Program-made: the position numbers and the translations under genes
The notes under the pieces: model-generated
Seen by the model: only the letters and a program-made list of their open reading frames with translations
Database searches by the model: none
Told to the model about the DNA's origin: nothing
Assembly: GCA_964437445.1 (NCBI GenBank)
Contig: CAYTGR010000009.1
Location: 1-58,501, forward strand
Reading direction: 5' to 3'
Origin: an uncultured Anaerolineales bacterium
GTDB lineage: Bacteria > Chloroflexota > Anaerolineae > B4-G1 > SLSP01
Length of the DNA stretch: 58,501 nt
Shown here: one piece after another, positions 24,092-32,115 of the stretch
Layout: each line of letters begins with the position of its first letter
Position numbering within the stretch: position 1 is the first letter of the stretch

Positions 24092-24781
24092 CTATCGTCC
24101 CTGGCAACGCGCCGCCACCGGTTGAAAGGTATACCGGTGCAGCGGGCAAGGTCCGGCCTGCTCTAATGCCGCGCGATGTTCAGCCGTCCCGTAGCCTTTG
24201 TGCCGGGCAAAGCCATAACCGGGGTATTGGCTTTCGGCCACCTCGGCCATCCAGGTATCGCGATAAACCTTAGCCACGATGCTGGCGGCCGCCACCGAAA
24301 GCGAGCGGGCATCGGCATAAGGGAAGACCGCCTGAGGCAAAGCGCTTTCCGGCAGGGGGAGCGCATCTATGATGAGCGCCTGAGCCGGCAGGGAACCGGC
24401 TGCCAGCGCGCGGCGCATCGCCAGCCGCGTCGCCGGGACGATACCCAGGGAGTCAATCTCGGCGGCCTCGGCGCGCCCCACCCCTACGGATAACGCGACT
24501 TCCCGAACGCGCAGCGCCAGCGTGGCGCGCTGCCGGGGCGTCAGCTGCTTGGAATCGCGGACGCCCGCCAGGGCCGCCAGCACCGCCGGGTCCGGCGGGA
24601 GCATCACTGCTGCCGCGCAGACCGGGCCGGCCCAGCAGCCCCGCCCGACCTCATCCAGGCCGGCCACCCGCACCAGGCCCCGCGCCCAGAACTGCGCCTC
24701 TATTTCAACCGTGGGGATGAACCGGCAGTTTCGTCGGTGGGGAGAAGCCGTGGCTACGGCCATAGCAGATTCAGGACGCAA
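24092..24781 (-). CDS. rnhB: Ribonuclease HII
   Basis: VAGLDEVGRGCWAGPVCAAAV (catalytic DEV-GRG motif). Confidence 0.85.
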   Translation of the reverse strand: MRPESAMAVATASPHRRNCRFIPTVEIEAQFWARGLVRVAGLDEVGRGCWAGPVCAAAVMLPPDPAVLAALAGVRDSKQLTPRQRATLALRVREVALSVGVGRAEAAEIDSLGIVPATRLAMRRALAAGSLPAQALIIDALPLPESALPQAVFPYADARSLSVAAASIVAKVYRDTWMAEVAESQYPGYGFARHKGYGTAEHRAALEQAGPCPLHRYTFQPVAARCQGR

Positions 24782-25124
24782 TGTAACGGTAGATGAACAA
24801 CGCGTGGACCAGCGTGCTCACCACCAGGACAATCCACATCGTGCGATGTTGCCTGGAGTTGGTTTTGTGATTGAACAGCCCCATCCCCATCCAGGCACCG
24901 AGAAAGCCACCCAACGCCGTCATCACGTTCAGCAGCAGCTCTGGGATGCGCAATCTGCCAATTTTGGACAAGCCCTTGTCCACGCCGTAGTTGAGGAACG
25001 TCAACAGCGTCAACGCACCGAGAAGGACAAAATAAGGGGCCCAGTTCGTATGCTGGTTGAAGGTAGCATAGAAGTAAGCAAAGAGCACAAAATCCACCGT
25101 ACCGAAAATCAAAAAGTAGAACAT
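24771..25124 (-). CDS. DUF1294-family small membrane protein
   Basis: YGVDKGLSKIGRLRIPELLLNVMTALGGFLGAWMGMGLFNHKTNS matches the DUF1294 signature. It overlaps the rnhB start by 11 nt. Confidence 0.65.
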   Translation of the reverse strand: MFYFLIFGTVDFVLFAYFYATFNQHTNWAPYFVLLGALTLLTFLNYGVDKGLSKIGRLRIPELLLNVMTALGGFLGAWMGMGLFNHKTNSRQHRTMWIVLVVSTLVHALFIYRYIAS

Positions 25125-25177
25125 GGCACCTGCTTTTCGTTGATCGGCAATCCTTAAACCGATTGAAAAAAAACCGG

Positions 25178-25450
25178 CTACGGCTCCTCATCTGGGGCCG
25201 CTTCCGGCACGCTGCCGAAGCGGTCCTCGGTCAAGAAACGGTGCAGGGCGTGCAACACCGCCTTGACCATCATCTCCCCCAGCGGCACCAGCTTCAGGTC
25301 AATGAAGAGTCGCTCCTCCGGCAGCTCGTCATCCAGCCGCTGCATCTCTTCCCGGAAAATCTGCAGCAGATCGTCCTCATGCTCATCCAAAAAGAGCGCC
25401 AGGTCACGGCGAGCCAACCGAAAAGCCATTTCACGCATCAGTCGTCGCAT
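25178..25450 (-). CDS. Hypothetical acidic protein (~90 aa)
   Basis: ORF MRRLMREMAFRLARRDLALFLDEHEDDLLQIF... The track's longer N-terminus (to 25531) runs through the clpC terminator hairpin, so an internal ATG at 25450 is used. Confidence 0.35.
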   Translation of the reverse strand: MRRLMREMAFRLARRDLALFLDEHEDDLLQIFREEMQRLDDELPEERLFIDLKLVPLGEMMVKAVLHALHRFLTEDRFGSVPEAAPDEEP

Positions 25451-25490
25451 ATCCTTAGTCCTTGTCGCTGAGTTGCCAGGAGCCGCCAGG

Positions 25491-25546
25491 AAAAAGTGAA
25501 TAGTGAGCAGTGAGCAGTAAATCCTGCTCACTGCTTCCTGCTCACA
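25491..25546 (-). terminator. Rho-independent terminator of clpC, built from an M3-like hairpin
   Basis: GTGAGCAGTGAGCAG-taaatc-CTGCTCACTGCTTCCTGCTCAC. The minus-strand reading is followed by TTCACTTTTT. Confidence 0.6.
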
Positions 25547-25555
25547 ACGCCCGGC

Positions 25556-28015
25556 TCACCCCCCTGCTACCGGCGCTACCTCTTCAGCGCGACGCAGCAC
25601 CAGCCCGGTAGCGTCGGCATCCACGGTCACCGTGTCGCCGGGATGAAATTCTCCCGCCAACAGCGCCTCGGAAAGCGGCGTCTCTATCTCCTGCTGGATC
25701 AGCCGCCGCAACGGACGCGCGCCGTAGAGCTCACTGTAGCCCTGAGCCGCCAGCCAGTCCTGGCCGGCATCGGTCAACGCCAGATTGAGCTCCTGGTCTT
25801 GCAGGCGGAGGCGGACCTTATCCACTTCCAGGTGCACAATCGCCCGCAATTGGTCCGGCCCCAGCGCGCGGAAAACGATGATGCCGTCCACCCGATTGAG
25901 AAATTCCGGCCGGAAGAGCTTACGCAGTTCCTCCAGCAGTTTACGGCGCATCTCGTCGTAGGAAACCTGGGAGTCGGTCAGGGCCGCTGGGACAAACCCA
26001 AACGTACTGCGGCGGATTTCTTCCGCACCCAGGTTGGAGGTCATAATGAGCAGGGTATTGCGGAAATCCACTTTGTGACCCCGGGCGTCCGAAAGCGCCC
26101 CCTCCTCCATCACCTGCAACAGCATGTTGAAAGCATCCGGGTGGGCCTTTTCAATCTCGTCAAAGACGACAATGGAATAGGGCCGCCGGCGTACCGCCTC
26201 GGTCAGCTGGCCGGCATCTTCGTAGCCCACGTAGCCCGGCGGCGCACCGACCAGACGGGCCACGGTATGCCGCTCCATAAATTCCGACATATCCAGCTGA
26301 ATCAGGGCCTCTTCGCTGCCGAACAGAAACTCCGCCAGCGCTTTGGCGAGCTCAGTCTTGCCCACCCCGGTCGGCCCGAGGAAGATGAACGAGCCGATAG
26401 GCCGGCGCGGATCCTTCAGGCCGGCGCGGGCGCGGCGCACAGCGCGGGCGATGGTGGTGATGGCCTCCTCCTGGCCGACGACGCGCTTGCGCAGCTCACT
26501 CTCCATCTCCAGCAGCCGCCGGGATTCCGCCTGCGCGACCTGGTTTAAGGGGATGCCCGTCCACATGGCGATGATCTCCGCGATGTCCGCGGCCTCCACG
26601 ATCAGCCCCTCTTCGCGCTCCTGCAGCTGGCGCAGATGGGCCATTTCGGCCTCCAGCGTCTGCTCCTGGGCCAGCAACGGCTCCGCCTCGCGGCTGGGAC
26701 GACCCTCGGCCAGGAGCCGGGCGCGCCGGAGACGGACCGCCTGCAGCTGCTCAAAGGTCTCCCGCAGCCGGCGGGCCAACGGCGACTTGTACATCCGCAC
26801 GCGCGAGGCCGCCTCGTCAATCGCGTCAATCGCCTTGTCGGGCAGATAGCGTTCGGTCACGTAACGGGCCGAGAGCCGGGCCGCCGCCTCCAGCGCTGCG
26901 TCCTCAATCTGCACCTTGTGGTGCTGCTCGTAGGCGTATTTGATGCCCTGCAAGATGGCGATGGTCTCCTCAACGCTGGGCTCGTCCACCATTACCGGTT
27001 GGAACCGGCGCTCCAACGCCGCATCAGACTCAATGTGCTTGCGGTATTCCTCCAACGTCGTCGCGCCGATACACTGGAGCTCGCCCCGCGCCAGCGCCGG
27101 TTTGAGGATATTGGCAGCATCCATAGAGGAGCCAGCCGACCCGGCCCCGACGATCATGTGAATTTCATCAATAAATGTGATGGTGCTGGAACCGCGCAGT
27201 TCATCCACCACCCGCTTCAACCGCTCCTCAAACTGGCCGCGGTACATCGTGCCGGCCACCAGCGACCCCATATCCAGCTGGATCACCCGTTTACCCAGAA
27301 TTGGCCCCGGCACTTCTCCAGCGACGATCCGCTGCGCCAGCCCCTCCACGATGGCCGTTTTGCCCACGCCGGGCTGCCCGATCAAGGCCGGATTGTTCTT
27401 GGTTCGGCGCGCTAAAATCTGAATGACGCGCTCAATCTCCTTCTGGCGGCCGATGACCGGATCCAGCCGCCCCTGCCGGGCCAGCTCGGTCAGATCCACC
27501 GCCAGTTGATCCAGCAGGGAAGGCTGGCTGCCACGCCGGGGCTCAGGACGGGAAGGGGCCGCCGGCTGGGCCGCCGGGACCGGAGCAAATTGCTCAATCC
27601 GCCGCCGCAACAGATCAGCCGTCAACCCAAACTGCGCCAGAATAGCCAGCACCAGCCCTTCCTGCTGCCGCAACAAAGCCAGCAGCAAGTGATGGGTATC
27701 CACCACGGAGCTGTTGCGCCGTTTGGCCTCATCCACGGCCACTTCAATCAGCATCTGGGTGCTGGGCAGCAATTCCGGCTCGGCGGCGCGAAGCGGCAGC
27801 GCGTTGGAGAGCCGTTCCACCGTGCGCTGTACCTGCTGGGGCCGCATCCCCGCGTCCCGCAGGATCCGCCCGGCCAGCCCCTCGCTTTCCATAAGCAGGC
27901 CCAAAAGCACATGCTCCGGCCCAATGGAGGCATGGTGCATCCGCGTCGCCTCCATGTGGGCAAAGCCAAAAACCTCGCGGGCTGCTGCTGTGAACCGTTC
28001 CAAACTGTTTGCCAT
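25556..28015 (-). CDS. clpC: ATP-dependent Clp protease ATP-binding subunit ClpC (class III stress Clp ATPase)
   Basis: Two Clp_N repeats, two AAA+ modules ([15 protein letters not shown]; [17 protein letters not shown]), a UVR-like linker and a ClpB_D2-small domain. 819 aa. Confidence 0.9.
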   Translation of the reverse strand: MANSLERFTAAAREVFGFAHMEATRMHHASIGPEHVLLGLLMESEGLAGRILRDAGMRPQQVQRTVERLSNALPLRAAEPELLPSTQMLIEVAVDEAKRRNSSVVDTHHLLLALLRQQEGLVLAILAQFGLTADLLRRRIEQFAPVPAAQPAAPSRPEPRRGSQPSLLDQLAVDLTELARQGRLDPVIGRQKEIERVIQILARRTKNNPALIGQPGVGKTAIVEGLAQRIVAGEVPGPILGKRVIQLDMGSLVAGTMYRGQFEERLKRVVDELRGSSTITFIDEIHMIVGAGSAGSSMDAANILKPALARGELQCIGATTLEEYRKHIESDAALERRFQPVMVDEPSVEETIAILQGIKYAYEQHHKVQIEDAALEAAARLSARYVTERYLPDKAIDAIDEAASRVRMYKSPLARRLRETFEQLQAVRLRRARLLAEGRPSREAEPLLAQEQTLEAEMAHLRQLQEREEGLIVEAADIAEIIAMWTGIPLNQVAQAESRRLLEMESELRKRVVGQEEAITTIARAVRRARAGLKDPRRPIGSFIFLGPTGVGKTELAKALAEFLFGSEEALIQLDMSEFMERHTVARLVGAPPGYVGYEDAGQLTEAVRRRPYSIVVFDEIEKAHPDAFNMLLQVMEEGALSDARGHKVDFRNTLLIMTSNLGAEEIRRSTFGFVPAALTDSQVSYDEMRRKLLEELRKLFRPEFLNRVDGIIVFRALGPDQLRAIVHLEVDKVRLRLQDQELNLALTDAGQDWLAAQGYSELYGARPLRRLIQQEIETPLSEALLAGEFHPGDTVTVDADATGLVLRRAEEVAPVAGG

Positions 28016-28216
28016 GGCCGTATCCTTATAATTATAATCGTGACTTAACCGCTACCCTTGGGACACGCTATAAAAAACGCTGCTGGCGCTGCGTTATAAT
28101 CAGCTCTTTGCTCTGTATTATATACCACCTGTGCAAGAAGCAAGAGCAAGCCCATGGACCGGCAAGTCCATTTGCCCCCCAGCCTGATTGACGTTATACT
28201 TGGGAGATGTCGTCAA

Positions 28217-28312
28217 GGGCATTCCCCCTGAACTGGCGTTCACCAGCAGGGAGATGAAAATTAGGTTCGTAGTGCCGCGCTTCAGCGCGGCTAAGACGGC
28301 GCTAAAGCGCAG
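28217..28312 (+). repeat. Copy of the dispersed intergenic repeat (M1 + M2), upstream of rfbD
   Basis: GGGCATTCCCCCTGAACTGGCGTTCACCAGCAGGGAGATGAAAATT + GGTTCGTAGTGCCGCGCTTCAGCGCGGCTAAGACGGCGCTAAAGCGC. Confidence 0.7.
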
Positions 28313-28441
28313 GAACGCCTGAAGACATCACTACAGTTCTACGAGGTTAAGCGTTACACAGAGTCCTGAAAATTAAAAAGCGCAAGGTAACCGCGACTTC
28401 CTAATCCCTAACCCCGATTTTCACAAGGAGAAATCATCAGG

Positions 28442-29281
28442 ATGAGAATTCTATTGACCGGCCACCGGGGCCAGCTGGGCCAGGCATTGCTGCCCGTGCT
28501 CGCGGCACACGACTTGTTGGGGGTAGACTACCCGGAAGGTGACATCACCGACCGGGCCAGCTTCCGGGCCACGGCGCAACAGTTCCGGCCCGACCTGATC
28601 CTCCATGCCGCGGCCATGACCGATGTGGACGGTTGTGCCCGCAATCCCGCCGAAGCCTACCGTGTCAACGGCCTGGGGACTCAAAACGTGGCCCTGACCG
28701 CCGCCGAGCTGGGCGCCGAGCTGCTCACCATCAGCACCAACGAGGTCTTTGACGGGCAGGCAACCGAGCCGTATCACGAATGGGCCACCACCCATCCCAT
28801 CAACGCCTATGGGCGCTCCAAGCTGGCCGGAGAATGGTACACCCTCCACCTGACCCCGCGCAGCTACGTCGTCCGCACGGCCTGGCTCTATGCACCCGGT
28901 GGACGGAACTTCCCCCACCGCATTCTCCGCCTGGCCGATGAACGCGGCAGCCTGCGCGTGGTTGCCGACGAGGTCGGCTCGCCCACCTATGTGGTGGACC
29001 TGGCCGCAGCGCTGGCCGCGCTGATCCAGACCCACGCTTACGGTGTCTACCACCTGGTCAATGCGGGTGTTGCCTCACGCTACGAATTCGCGCGCGAGAT
29101 CCTGCAGCGCAGCGGCCGGGGGCAGATTCCGGTGGAGCCGGTCACGCTGGCGGAGTTCAAGCGCGACAGTACCCCGCCGCCCTACGCCCCGCTGGCCAAC
29201 AACGCGGCGGCGGCGCTGGGCATTACCCTGCGGCCCTGGCAGGCCGCGTTAGCTGAGTTTCTGACCACCTATCCGCATTAA
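28442..29281 (+). CDS. rfbD: dTDP-4-dehydrorhamnose reductase
   Basis: MRILLTGHRGQLGQAL.. Rossmann N-terminus. 279 aa, RmlD-like throughout. Confidence 0.85.
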   Translation: MRILLTGHRGQLGQALLPVLAAHDLLGVDYPEGDITDRASFRATAQQFRPDLILHAAAMTDVDGCARNPAEAYRVNGLGTQNVALTAAELGAELLTISTNEVFDGQATEPYHEWATTHPINAYGRSKLAGEWYTLHLTPRSYVVRTAWLYAPGGRNFPHRILRLADERGSLRVVADEVGSPTYVVDLAAALAALIQTHAYGVYHLVNAGVASRYEFAREILQRSGRGQIPVEPVTLAEFKRDSTPPPYAPLANNAAAALGITLRPWQAALAEFLTTYPH

Positions 29282-29300
29282 CAGAAAAGAGTCTTTTCCC

Positions 29301-30287
29301 TTGTCCGCGGCCCAACCCTTGTTTTCGGTCATTGTGCCCAATTGGAACGGCGCGCAACACCTGCCCACCTGTCTGGAGAGCCTGCGCCGCCAGACCTGGC
29401 GCGACTTTGAGCTGCTGATCCCCGATAACGGCTCCACCGACGGTTCCCTGACGCTGTTGGCCGGCTATCCTGAAGCGCAGGTCTTGCCCCTGGGCCGCAA
29501 CCTCGGCTTCACCGGGGCCTGCAACGCCGGTTTGCGCGCCGCGCGGGGCGAGTTTTGCGTGCTGTTGAACAACGACACGGAGGCCGATCCGCGCTGGCTG
29601 GAGGAGCTGGCCGCCGCCTTTGCCCGCCACCCGGAAGTCGGATTGGTGGCCTCCAAAATGCGCCTTTTTGACCGGCGCGACACCTTCCACACGGCGGGCG
29701 ATTACGTCAGCCTGGACGGTTTGCCGCATAACCGGGGGGTCTGGGAACAGGACACCGGCCAATACGACCACGAAGCCTACGTCTTCAGCGCGTGTGGCGG
29801 GAGCGCAGCGTATCGCCGGGCGCTGTTAGACGAGCTCGGGCCGCTGGACGAAGACTTCTTTTTCTCCTGCGAGGACGTGGACCTGGCCTGGCGGGCGCAG
29901 CTGGCGGGTTGGCGCTGCCTCTTTGCCCCGCCAGCCATCGTTTACCACAAATTGAGCGCCACCGGCGGCGGGACGACGGCCTCTTTCTACGACGGGCGCA
30001 ACCGGCTCTACCTGTTAGTCAAGAATTACCCGGCCGACCTCTGGCACCGTTACAGGGGACGAGTCATTGCCGCCCAGCTGCGGATCGCCTGGACGGCGCT
30101 CCGGGCCTGGCGTGGGGCGGCCGCCCGCGCCACCCTGCGCGGCCAGCTGGCCGGTCTGGCCGCCCTGCCCCGGCTGCGCCGCAAGCGCGCGGGCATCCAG
30201 ACACGCCGCCGGGTGGAGATCGCTTATCTGGAGCGCCTGATGACCCCACCCTACGAAATCCCGGTGGAATCGTCCAGCTCGGGTTAG
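29301..30287 (+). CDS. Family 2 glycosyltransferase (rhamnosyltransferase-like)
   Basis: FSVIVPNWNGAQHLPTCLESLRRQTWRDFELLIPDNGSTDGS, with DxD/ED motifs. TTG start. Confidence 0.75.
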   Translation: MSAAQPLFSVIVPNWNGAQHLPTCLESLRRQTWRDFELLIPDNGSTDGSLTLLAGYPEAQVLPLGRNLGFTGACNAGLRAARGEFCVLLNNDTEADPRWLEELAAAFARHPEVGLVASKMRLFDRRDTFHTAGDYVSLDGLPHNRGVWEQDTGQYDHEAYVFSACGGSAAYRRALLDELGPLDEDFFFSCEDVDLAWRAQLAGWRCLFAPPAIVYHKLSATGGGTTASFYDGRNRLYLLVKNYPADLWHRYRGRVIAAQLRIAWTALRAWRGAAARATLRGQLAGLAALPRLRRKRAGIQTRRRVEIAYLERLMTPPYEIPVESSSSG

Positions 30288-30555
30288 CGTTGCAGCAGCC
30301 AGCGTCGTCTCAGTGGTTCAGTGTTTTTTGGTTCAGTGTTTTTAAGGAATTCACCGTGGACTGGCGTCCACCAGCGGTGGAATGCAAATTGGCTCGTAGT
30401 AACGCGCTTATGAAGTTTAACTAAATAATCCGGATATTTTGCTCTGAAGAGCTACCGCCAAATATGGGGCATCCTATGTCACCACCATCAAATTAGCCCA
30501 AATATGGGATAGGCTTCGCAAATAAGGATATCCGAATTTATTTGTCAAATTTCAT

Positions 30556-30752
30556 TAGCGCGTTGGACAGCGCTAAAGCGCCTGACTACAAGCCAAGCGC
30601 TATTTTCAAGGGAGATTTCATCCTTCCGCCTTCATCCTTTCAGAAGGCGTTCACCAGCCGTGGGATGAAAATTGGCTCGTAGTAACGCGCTTCAGCGCGT
30701 TGGACGGCGCTAAAGCGCCTGACTACAAGCAAAGCGCTATTTTCAAAGGAGG
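30556..30752 (+). repeat. Two tandem copies of the dispersed intergenic repeat (M2 partial, M1, M2), directly upstream of the patatin gene
   Basis: 30556-30620 is TAGCGCGTTGGACAGCGCTAAAGCGCCTGACTACAAGCCAAGCGCTATTTTCAAGGGAGAT. 30646-30752 is GGCGTTCACCAGCCGTGGGATGAAAATTGGCTCGTAGTAACGCGCTTCAGCGCGTTGGACGGCGCTAAAGCGCCTGACTACAAGCAAAGCGCTATTTTCAAAGGAGGTG. A further partial copy lies at 30351-30410. Confidence 0.8.
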
Positions 30753-30757
30753 TGACT

Positions 30758-31624
30758 ATGCCGGCCAAAACACCAGTGACGTTTGGATTAGCCTTAGGGG
30801 GCGGCGGGGCGCGCGGAGCGGCGCACATCGGCGTGCTGCGAGTGCTGGAACGTGAAGGGATCCCCCTCGGCCCGATTGCCGGCACCAGCATAGGCGGGGT
30901 GGTCGCCGTTCTCTACGCCGCCGGGCACACGCCCGACCAGATCGGCACACTGATGTCGCAGCTAGACCCCGACCTGTTGAAACTGGACCCGGAACGGCGG
31001 GCGCTCTTCTCGCTGGAACGGATCCGGCCGCGATTGGAAGAAGTCCTCGGCGAAGTGCGCCTGGAGCAGCTGGCGCGCCCCTGCGCCGTCGTGGCCGTGG
31101 ACGTAGACCACGGTGAGGAAGTCATCATCACCACCGGACCGGCCGTGGAGGCGATCCTGGCGACGGGCGCGGTGCCGGGCCTCTTCCCACCGGTACGGCT
31201 CCTGGGGCGCGTGTTGGTGGATGGCGGCATTCTCAACCCGGTCCCGGTCAATGCCGTGCGCCAGCTCGGGGCCACCGAGATCATCGCCGTCAACATCAAC
31301 AGCAACCGCTCCCGCCCTCACACCGAAATCGGCGGCGTCGTGGCGCTGCCAGCCTTAGGCGGCGGCAAGCCACTCATGGAGCTTTTCCCCTGGCGTGACG
31401 CCATCCGGCTCTACTCCAAAGCCAGCATGATCACCACGATTGAGCTGGCAGAACGCCGGCTGGCGATGGAGCAGCCCACCGTCGTCATCCGCCCGGCGGT
31501 GGGCGACATGGGTCTCTTAGACACCGAGACCATCCCGGCCGGGATCATGGCCGGCGAGGCCGCGACGCTGGCAGCGCTCCCCCAGATCAAAGCCCGGCTG
31601 CAGCGCCGCCGCCGCTTGCTTTAA
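30758..31624 (+). CDS. Patatin-like phospholipase
   Basis: Oxyanion motif GGGGARG and nucleophile GTSIGG (GxSxG). A catalytic Asp in a DGG context lies downstream. The SD AAGGAGGTG is supplied by the repeat element. Confidence 0.8.
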   Translation: MPAKTPVTFGLALGGGGARGAAHIGVLRVLEREGIPLGPIAGTSIGGVVAVLYAAGHTPDQIGTLMSQLDPDLLKLDPERRALFSLERIRPRLEEVLGEVRLEQLARPCAVVAVDVDHGEEVIITTGPAVEAILATGAVPGLFPPVRLLGRVLVDGGILNPVPVNAVRQLGATEIIAVNINSNRSRPHTEIGGVVALPALGGGKPLMELFPWRDAIRLYSKASMITTIELAERRLAMEQPTVVIRPAVGDMGLLDTETIPAGIMAGEAATLAALPQIKARLQRRRRLL

Positions 31625-31703
31625 GTCCCGTTCCCAACGTAAAAACAGTGCGGGGCGGATCTACATCCGCCCCGCACTGCACGAAAGGAGGTGCCACGAC
31701 GGC

Positions 31704-32003
31704 TCACTTGCTCTCGCCCGCGCTGGTAGCGGGAGCTTTAGCCTCACTCGGTTCTTTGGAGCTGGCAGCAGCGGCCGTATGCTCCTTGTCCTCTTTGCGA
31801 GTACCCGGAGTGGCCGTCGGCGACGCGCTCCGGTGATCGGTAACGTAAAAGCCGGATCCTTTGAAAATAATGCCGGCCGGCTGGATCAGGCGGATCACCT
31901 GCCCTCCACAATCCGGGCACTCCGTGATCGGAGCATCGGAAAAGGACTGGCGCCGCTCAAACCGCAGCCCACACGTTTTGCATTGATATTCGTATAGCGG
32001 CAT
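31704..32003 (-). CDS. FmdB-family zinc-ribbon protein (CxxC-x17-CxxC) with a disordered C-terminal tail
   Basis: MPLYEYQCKTCGLRFE..ITECPDCGG matches the FmdB/Zn-ribbon_8 signature. Confidence 0.7.
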   Translation of the reverse strand: MPLYEYQCKTCGLRFERRQSFSDAPITECPDCGGQVIRLIQPAGIIFKGSGFYVTDHRSASPTATPGTRKEDKEHTAAAASSKEPSEAKAPATSAGESK

Positions 32004-32115
32004 ACATCATCCTCCCTATATGACCCCTATTCCAAAAGTTATTATAGCCCGTTTAAGCCAATTGGCAAGACCCGCGCGGGTTGCTCTCTGGGCAATTTCA
32101 GGCATAATCCCTCCC

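Noticed and set aside
25451-25531. N-terminal 27 aa of the track ORF 25178-25531.
   Set aside because: This region is the clpC terminator hairpin (an M3-like inverted repeat). The downstream in-frame ATG at 25450 with an AAGGA SD is the likelier start.
32020-32115. Upstream ATG (32020) as the start of the TPR-SLT lipoprotein.
   Set aside because: It would add 32 residues ahead of the lipoprotein signal peptide and sits 17 bp from the divergent FmdB start. ATG 32116 puts the lipobox at the N-terminus.
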